Source: Octopus vulgaris (taxonomy: Eukaryota). Taken from it: a stretch of DNA of 64,000 bases. Below, in pieces: positions 55,341 to 64,000 of the stretch; position 1 is the stretch's first letter, and every line of letters begins with the position of its first letter. The stretch covers positions 68,076,001-68,140,000 of the forward strand of contig OX597832.1 in the NCBI GenBank assembly GCA_951406725.2. The letters are read 5' to 3'. A model generated the notes under the pieces. The model worked only from the letters and a program-made list of their open reading frames with translations. It ran no database searches and had not been told where the DNA came from. The translations under genes were made by a program, and so were the position numbers.

Positions 55341-55538
55341 GCGCAATTGGTTCTGTGAGTAAATGTAAATACCTAAGTGTCAATTTGAACTAGCGGATGA
55401 TTTCACTCAAAATCAAGCACCTAACTTACACATTACAAATATAATCTCTAAGTGGAGCTCTAAAAATATGCAAGAATTTTTTAAAGTATAAAATACGAAT
55501 TTAAAAATAAACTTATAAAATATGAATTCATATTCGTC

Positions 55539-55599
55539 ACCTACATTTCAGCGATAAAGTTTTGTATATTTGTTCGGAATCAGCTCCTTCCTCAGAGGA
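55539..55599 (-). ncRNA. Hammerhead-like motif (degenerate)
   Basis: Minus strand: cct-CTGAGGA-ag...ct-GAAA-tg-TA-gg, with an irregular stem II. Confidence 0.4.
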
Positions 55600-55688
55600 A
55601 GATTTTACATAATTAAGAGGTATGTGTGTGTGTGTGTCTCTCTCTCTCTCTCACTCTGTATATATATATCTATATATATATATATATC

Positions 55689-55735
<47 letters not shown>

Positions 55736-55820
55736 ATGTAGATATATATATACATATATGTAGATATAGATAGATATATATATATGTATGTATCTGTTTC
55801 CCCTATCTCTCTCTCTCTCT

Positions 55821-56730
55821 CTAAGAGTTATACGTTCTTGTCCATGTTGTATTTTTCTACATACCTTAACATATATTCCAGGCGCCACGTACCCTCTTAA
55901 CATTAATGTGAGCACATATTCTTAATAACTGGTACGACTCTTTGTTTGTCTCTCTCTCTCTCTCACTTTTACTTGATCTGTCCCCTTCTCTCTCTACTCA
56001 TCCTCTTTTTCTCTTCTCTTTCCTCTGATTCTTTGGTCTAATCTTCCACTACCCTCCTATTTCTTTGTCTCGCTCTGCACTCACAGGTCGCTCTTCGACA
56101 CCCATCCCTTCTCCTCTCTGATTCCTTCTTTCTCTCTCTTCTCGCTCTTTGTCGCGTTTGTCCCTCCTCTCTCTCTCTCCTCTCTCTCTCTCTTCCGTTG
56201 CTTCTCTTTCTTTTCTTTTCTCTCTTCTCTGTCACGTGACTGCTGGCCGAAATCTGCCTTTCAGCTTCTGACCAGCGTCGTGTTAACATCGTTGTTTTTC
56301 GTCCGCCGCTATAGGCATCGCCGATAAGGCTCCTTTCCTTGCGCCAGAGAAAAAATTGTTTGCTTGTTATCAGTCGTAAGACACTTGTTGTTGTTTTCAC
56401 CGTTAATGCTTCTGTATTTCATGTTTCTGTATTCCATTATTTTTTTGTTTTTTTATATTCGTCCCTTTTGCTGTCCTGGTGTCCGTATGCATTCGATCCT
56501 TCTTCCAGGAAATCTACGCTCCCAGCTTAGTTTTTCTAATGCTCGTTGCTTAGTTTTTCTTGGAGGGCTGGCCGTGATCTAGTAATCTCAAGATTAATCA
56601 GCCGAAATTACTACGATGATCCGATTCTTGACTGAAGACTGAGGGTTTCGAATGTCCTGTCCGTGTTTATTGTATCGTCTTCTAAGAGTTATACGTTCTT
56701 GTCCATGTTGTATTTTTCTACATACCTTAA
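55821..56730 (+). mobile_element. Non-coding element with identical 49-bp terminal direct repeats (PLE pLTR/retrozyme-like)
   Basis: ctaagagttatacgttcttgtccatgttgtatttttctacataccttaa occurs at 55821-55869 and 56682-56730. The interior is CT-rich and no ORF is recognisable. Confidence 0.75.
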
Positions 56731-57726
56731 TATATATATATATATATTGGCCTGCTCGCTTAGCCAGCGGGGTGGCGTCATTTGAAGGCTAAAATAATGT
56801 GAGGCGTGTTGTGACCAGCGATGTGTTGCAACATCTGATAGCCTAGTCGGTCATGGTGATCATGGTAGTGATATATATAGATATATCATCCGTTTCAGTT
56901 GTACAATTGCTGATGATGAGTTTGTGATATTTACACACGTGTGCAGGGTCATTCCCGCGCACACACATACATGTAGGAATGCATGCATATATGTTTAATT
57001 ACATATATATGTTTATGTGTATTTGTGTGTAAGGGTATTTAATCTTAAAATATGCTTAAATGTTGTTTCAGAATTCAGAAAATGTTTGTATTTCCTCTTA
57101 GTTTACATAGGCAAAAAATGTACTAAATATTGCATTGATTCCTGTTTAGGAAACAATTTTTGAATAGCATTTCTGGAATAGATTATATTTAGTGTATTGG
57201 ACGTTTTCTGGCAGGTTTCTTTTGTTGTTAATTCGTATTCTTTAAAAGGTAAAGAAAAAGATATTAAATGAGTAAGTATGATGCCGAAAAACAACAAAAA
57301 TAAATTAACTAAAATTTTATACATATTCGCAGAAGGTGTTTTCAAATAGAACTAGACAAAACGAACAGACTATGGTATAGTTTATATATCAGGATAAAGT
57401 GGAAGAAAAAATAGTGTTTATGTTTTGTTTTTCAAGCACGAGATGCAATCATTTCAGATACAAATCAAAGCAGATCTTTTATCAAAAATAAAATGAAAGC
57501 ATGTAAAATGGTGCCTTTTGAGTTGGAGGGTGTTATTCGTCTCATAAATCGACACAAAAATACGTAGACAGAGATATAGTTAAATATCACTGTATTATAT
57601 GTGGGTGTGCGCGCGTGTGCGTTGTGTATGTGCATGCATAAATATGTATACACACAAGCATATATATATATATATATATATATAATACATGGATATACAG
57701 AAAAACAGACAGACAGACAGACAGCT

Positions 57727-57734
57727 AGATAGAT

Positions 57735-57803
<69 letters not shown>
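57727..57803. repeat. (GATA)n microsatellite
   Basis: Direct reading of the sequence. Confidence 0.95.
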
Positions 57804-58270
57804 CAGAAATACAATTATGTATGTTTATACATACATGAATGTGTGAGAAAGAGGAGAAGATTGCCAACAGATAGGCAGAGAAGTAAGTGAATATATTAAT
57901 AAATACAAAACTAACGACACACGTTTTTATTTGCAATAAAATCAGCCAAAAGGACGTCGTTGATATATTGTTTCACATTTACTGCCATAGATTTTAGTCA
58001 TCGTCTTCTTTTTCCCTTCTTCGATTTGTCCCCATTTCTGAAAATATTTTATTTTCTTGGTGCGTTTATTTTGCTCACTTTTTTACTTCCCTTAAACAAC
58101 GTTAGATGATTTTACTGATACCGTTGGACATCTATGTGTTTGTTTGTCATTCATTAAGTTATTGTACTTCTACTCAACTACATACACATATATATATATA
58201 TGTATGAATATATTCCCATACATACAGACACATATATATGGGTTGTGGTTTGTGCGTTTGTATTATATGC

Positions 58271-58325
<55 letters not shown>

Positions 58326-58365
58326 TATATCTATATATAAATATATATCTATATATAAATATATA

Positions 58366-58746
58366 TCTCCCTCTATATAAACGGCAGTTTGTCTGTGCGT
58401 GTTTCTGTGTGTCTGTTTTCTCGTACCCTCACTCTGACCACGGCTTTCAACCGATTCTGATGAAACTTGACACACACATAGCCCAATGTCATAATTCAAA
58501 ACTAACGCAGAGAAAATTTTGAAAAGTTCCCCCAGTTCTGAAAAAAATCGATAAATTCGACATGGGGTCGAGAATTAGAAACCCAAACCACAGACCGTCT
58601 AGGGGACGCAACTCTACCTTTAACTCTCAAAAAAATTTACCATCATTTTTTTTCCACTTTTTTGCTATTTTTTGGCTATAACTCTCTAAAAATGCTTTAT
58701 AGTTATTTCCCTTACAAACCTGAGCAACGCCGGGCGATACTGCTAG
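58366..58746 (+). mobile_element. Non-autonomous Helitron, apparently intact
   Basis: Starts A|TC(tccctctatataaa), has a subterminal imperfect hairpin cctgagcaacgccggg, and ends CTAG|T. Inserted at an AT within (TA)n with no target-site duplication. Confidence 0.85.
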
Positions 58747-59156
<410 letters not shown>

Positions 59157-59326
59157 AGTTAGTTAGTTAGTTAGTTAATTTGGCTCAAAAGCAAATAGCA
59201 TGAATTTTCTAGCCTGTCCGTAGCTTTCAGGTGCTTTCCCACCTGGTGATTTGAAGTGTCGATCTTCACCACGCCAAATGGCAATCTATCGGCAAGCACA
59301 CTAACTTTATACTTTCAGTATGTGTG

Positions 59327-59379
<53 letters not shown>

Positions 59380-59394
59380 TGTGTGGGTATACCA

Positions 59395-59530
59395 CGGACT
59401 TCTATTAATTTCCGTCTACCAAATCCGTCCACAAGGCTTTGGTCAGCCCTAGGCTACAGTGCAGGACAGTAAGCCAGGGTGTCACGCAGTGGAACTGAAC
59501 CCAGAACCCCACACAGCCACTCTTGGGCCC
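59395..59530 (-). mobile_element. SINE family B head
   Basis: ttccgtctaccaaatccgtccacaaggctttggtcagccctaggctacagt...cacgcagtggaactgaaccc...cacagccac. Confidence 0.8.
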
Positions 59531-59664
59531 ATATATATATATATATATATATATATAATCTTTTATTCTTTTATGTCCGAAATTTGTGAACCACTTGAGC
59601 ACCGAGTACGATGTAATGGACCTGTCTCAACCGAACTTTTCGGATTTGTGCCTATAGTAGAAAG

Positions 59665-59726
<62 letters not shown>

Positions 59727-59727
59727 T

Positions 59728-60165
59728 ATATTTGACTTTTGCTTTACCTTTGCACAAGCTGGCTCCAAGTCTCACCCAGAGACCTCAAGAGACAACAAGT
59801 TGGAAGATCATGTAGGTGTTATGCCTAGGGTGCCATATATTTGGTTTTGTACTTTGTGTTGTACTAGTGAATGCCTAAAAAAAACCATACGAAAATTATG
59901 TTTATTTTAAAACTTGAGATTACAAAGAAAGTATTTTGCGTAGGATATGAGCAGTTCCCATGAGCACTATCTTTTCAATTTCTGTCATTTTGGGGTTTCA
60001 ATTAGCCCCTTTTGCTATCATTCCTAGGGCACTTATGACAACAGGTATTGTTTTAGTCTTCAGGTTCCACATTTTGCTGATTTCTATTTCAGATCTTTAT
60101 ATTTGCTCAGTTTCTGGTAAGTCTTGACAGATACGCTTATATCGATTGGGTCAGTCATATCAATG

Positions 60166-60169
<4 letters not shown>
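59728..60169 (-). mobile_element. 5'-truncated R4/Dong-clade non-LTR element (REL endonuclease C-terminus and 3' UTR)
   Basis: Minus strand: LIDMTDPID...KTYQKLSKYKDL / EISKMWNLKTKTIPVVISALG / EIEKIVLMGTAHILRKILSL*. Flanked on both sides by (ATT)n. Confidence 0.85.
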
Positions 60170-60213
<44 letters not shown>

Positions 60214-60215
<2 letters not shown>

Positions 60216-60415
60216 GGCGGTGAGCTGGCAGAATCGTTAGCACGCTGGACGAAATGATTATCAGTATTTCGCCCGTTGCTATGTTCTGAGTTCCAACGAG
60301 GTCGACTTTGCCTTTCTGGGTCGATAAAAATAAGTACCAGTTGAACACTGGGGTCGATGTAATCGACTCATCCTTTCTCCCCAAAGTTGCTGCCTTGTGG
60401 CAAAATTTGAAACCA
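60214..60415 (+). mobile_element. SINE family A
   Basis: aaggcggtgagctggcagaatcgttagcacg...gtcgataaaaataagtaccagttgaacactggggtcgatgtaatcgac...aaaatttgaaacca. Confidence 0.9.
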
Positions 60416-61419
60416 TTCTTATTATTATTATTACTGTTGTTGTTAATATCGTTATTGTTCGTATTGTTATTATAATCATCATTATTATTAATATTATTAT
60501 TTAAAACAAAACCACAAAATAATAAAGAAATCTAACAAAATCTTCCTTCAGTCTCCCTTCATACATTGCTTCATAAGATTGTTTTTTTTTGTTTGTTTGC
60601 TTTTTCGTTTGTTTGTTTTTCTTTGTTTTTTGGTTTAGTTTTCCTCCACTTTCCTATTTTTATCATTGGTCTAGTAAATTCCAATTTTATTGAAATTTAA
60701 TGGAAGCAACCCTACATTATATTTTGACTACTTAATGTCCACCAGTTGAGTTTAATGAAGTAATTTTATTTATTTGATTGTTTAGTTTGATAATTTTCAC
60801 AAAGTACTTTTCTAATTCACGTTATCGACATTTTCTTTTCTTTCTTCGTTTCTTTCTTTTTCACTTTTTTCCCCTTCTCTTTTCTCTTTCGGGGCTTCTT
60901 TCTTTCGGTTTTGATTTTTATGGTCGAATAATAAAGGTTGCTTGCCAAAACTGACATAGGCATTTAAGAGCTTTTACACATCTGTGAACATTATTATTGT
61001 TGTTGTTGTTGTTTTTGTTATTATGATACTCATCACTATTATTATTATCATCATTATTTTCTTAAGTGTGTGTGTGCACGCGCGCGCGCGGTTAACCGTG
61101 ACAATTTAATTGGTCTATATTTAACAATGGCACGATTGAGCTGTCTTCCAGAGGTTATGGTGCCGGCGATTTTACTAAATGTTCTAGCATCTACCACCAT
61201 ACCAATATTACTACTACTGCTACTACTACTACTACTACTTCTTCTTCTACTATTACTACTACTACTACTACTACTACTACTGATGATGATGATGATGATG
61301 AAGCTACTCCTGCTACTTCCATCATCACCACTACCACTACTACTATATTTTAAATATCTGCAGATTGCAAATTTCTGCAGATAAAAGGAGAGGGGACAAT
61401 AGTTATTGCATGTAATAGC

Positions 61420-61695
61420 AAAGTAAATTACAAACTCTGCCAGAAGCATCGTCACTGGCTCCACCCATTGGCACCACTTGTGGTCATTTTCTGCCTGGTC
61501 ACTCGAGCTGTTAAAAACAAATGTCATCACTTTCGAATCAATCCCTACCACCTTACAAACAAAAGTCTAAAGCAGCTGTGCATCTGTTGCGCTTTTATTA
61601 ACAACACAGAAGATATGATTACGACTGGTGTGTTTGGTAATAGGTCAAATCACTCAGCACTGGCCTAGGGTTAAAAAACAACAACAAAAACAACG
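61420..61695 (+). mobile_element. Decayed SINE/LINE tail ending gcctagggttaaa(AAC)n
   Basis: The same 3' terminus motif occurs at ~31945 (+, gcctggggttaaac) and ~22920 (-, gcctggggctaaatgcaacag). Confidence 0.45.
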
Positions 61696-61867
61696 ATATT
61701 CCGTATGTTCTTAATTTGACGGCTTTGTCTCTGGTTGGTTGATTGCTCACTTGCGGAATTGGATTAAATTAATAGTTATTATTTTGTTCGTGTTTCCAGA
61801 ACGTCTGGAAAGACTTTGACAATTGATTGCTGGTCAATATGATTGACATTATTCACGTTTCACCTCA

Positions 61868-62060
61868 CACGGCGGCGCAGTGGTTTGAGTAATAATAACA
61901 TCATTATATTGTCCGACAAAATATCTTGAGGTATTAGTTCTGGTCTTCTGCTCACTGTGTTCAAATCCCACTTTAGCTAACCTCGCATTTCATCCATGCT
62001 AACCTCGCATTTCATCCATTCGGTGTCGATTAATAAAGTACTAGTGATTATTTGGAATTT
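61868..62060 (+). mobile_element. SINE family A (decayed, with an internal 21-bp duplication)
   Basis: gttcaaatcccac...gctaacctcgcatttcatcca (twice)...ttcggtgtcgattaataaagtactag. Confidence 0.6.
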
Positions 62061-62806
62061 ATTTTCTCTGTGATCCCATACATAAAAGGACCGAGAAAAA
62101 AAAACATACAGATCGTGGCCCAAGTAACAATTTTACCAACACAATATGGACCGGGGAAGAAAGACAAGTTATGATATTTTATTCAGTTAAGAGTTTCGTC
62201 GACTTTAATTATCATATCTCCGAAATAAAGAGAAAGAAAAGTTAACTTATAAGCGTATATGAGAAGCACTATGTTGATAATAATTCCTCTTTCGCTAGAA
62301 ACAGATTTTCCTCTTTTATGCTCCCTCTCATTTCAGTTATTTTAAAAGTAATCACCGAATTCTATAATAATTTAAGAAATAAACTCAAGCAAAAACGAGG
62401 TAATGATAAGTATAAAGTAACACAGGCTTGGTCAGATACACTGCGAGGAACTCTGTCCGTGACTGTTGAAAAACAGCAGTGAGAATCTTGGTAAGGAAGG
62501 AATTCCTCTCACTTGATATTCAACGGATGAAAATCAAGGTGTCTTAGAATATGAGGATGAGGAAGAGTAGAGTTGGTAAGTAGAGAAAAGTCGTGTTTTT
62601 ACATGTTTAAAACTAATGGTTTTAGTATCCACTAGATCTGAACAAAGCCACTTATAAGTATGAAGTACGGGAAATAGTTTTATAGATTATAAGATTGGCG
62701 ATAGATTGGGGAAGAGAAGGGAGGCAAATTATCACCGTCCAAGCCTACTCCACATCCTTATCTTGAGGCTTACCTGTCGCTACTCTTCAATGTATATGTA
62801 TATACA

Positions 62807-62821
<15 letters not shown>

Positions 62822-62866
<45 letters not shown>

Positions 62867-62910
62867 TAATAATAATAATAATGATAATAATAATAATAAT
62901 AATAATGATG

Positions 62911-62990
<80 letters not shown>

Positions 62991-63033
62991 AAGAAGAAGA
63001 AGAAGAAGAAGAAGAAGAAGAAGAAGAAGAAGA
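62822..63033. repeat. (AAT)n directly followed by (AAG)n
   Basis: Direct reading of the sequence. Confidence 0.97.
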
Positions 63034-63424
63034 GAAAATAGAGAAGTTTTTAATAATTCTATTAACAAAAAATTGACAAACATCCCTTACAGCTGTTTCA
63101 ATTCAGACCCTCAGAAAATTAATTAATTTAAAAATTGCTTGAAAGTCGAATCTCTTCAGATGTAGATAAAGATATACGAAATAGGTGTTCAATCTCTGCA
63201 TGTTGAGTAAGCAGCTACAAACCGTTTACTCATGAAAGAACATAGCATATAAATAGTAGAACCCTTAGAGGGGAGTAAAGTTGATTATAATGGAGTCGTG
63301 AGTCGTAAAACAATACACGCATCTGAAGTGTTATGTATAAGAAAGCTCAAGTAGGTGTAATTGGTAAAAATGTTATATTGTGCTGTTATGTCTCTTCTTA
63401 TTAAATCAATATAAACTGTCGCAA

Positions 63425-63568
63425 TGTTGTGAGTTTAAATTCCACCGAGGCCGACTCTTCCTTTCATCCTTTAGGGGTCGATAATTTAAGTACCAGTAAA
63501 CACTGGGTCGATGTAATCGATTATCCCCCTCTCCTAAATTTGAGGCCTTGTGCCTATAGTAGAAAGGC
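63425..63568 (+). mobile_element. SINE family A, 3' portion
   Basis: aaattccaccgaggccgactcttcctttcatcctttaggggtcgataatttaagtaccag...ggccttgtgcctatagtagaaagg. Confidence 0.85.
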
Positions 63569-64000
63569 TATAATTAAGGTGGAAGACATTCAGGCAATCT
63601 AATTAAAAGAGAAGTAAGAATATTGACTTAATGTTAGAGTATATAAAAATTATAGATAAAAACATAAAGTACGATAAATAAAAGAAAATAGAGAAGAGAG
63701 TGAAAATAGATAGAAAGAGAAAAATAAATAAATAAATAGAGAATTATAAATTATTACTCTACACTCCCTTAAAAATTTATTATTGAGCTAGACTAATAAA
63801 GACTAAGAACTATTGGACAAAATTTAATTTATACATTTCACATATGCAATGTTCGTATAATGAATTAGCGGATGTAAATATGTTAAGTTGCTCATGTACG
63901 GAGGTATGGTATTTGACATAAATAAATAAATACAAAAATAGGAATTAAAGGGAATAAAAATATGCTAATAAAAGTGATAATAAGAGCTTAAATATGGGTC

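Overview
AT-rich, microsatellite-saturated eukaryotic DNA. The repeat content, especially several tRNA-derived SINE families, suggests a coleoid cephalopod such as Octopus; this is an inference from recalled repeat sequences. Most of the window looks like intronic or intergenic repeat debris, and nearly all ORFs in the supplied track are artefacts of (TA)n/(CA)n/(AAT)n tracts. Supported content: one clean 120-nt minus-strand coding exon (12413-12532) and a possible terminal exon (3150-3216) of an unidentified host gene. There are decayed non-LTR retrotransposons of the RTE, Tx1/L1, CR1 and R4/Dong types, Penelope-like (GIY-YIG) remnants, two mariner remnants, a Tc1-like remnant, an intact non-autonomous Helitron and more than 20 SINE copies. 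The most notable signal is RNA structure. About eight minimal type I hammerhead-ribozyme motifs are present, some in head-to-head foldback arrangements and one downstream of a tRNA-like SINE head. There are also two non-coding elements with terminal direct repeats that look retrozyme-like. One of these (55821-56730) has no canonical hammerhead but carries a covarying, pseudoknot-like motif shared with a diverged copy near 13.9 kb. All boundaries were read by eye and repeat boundaries are approximate.
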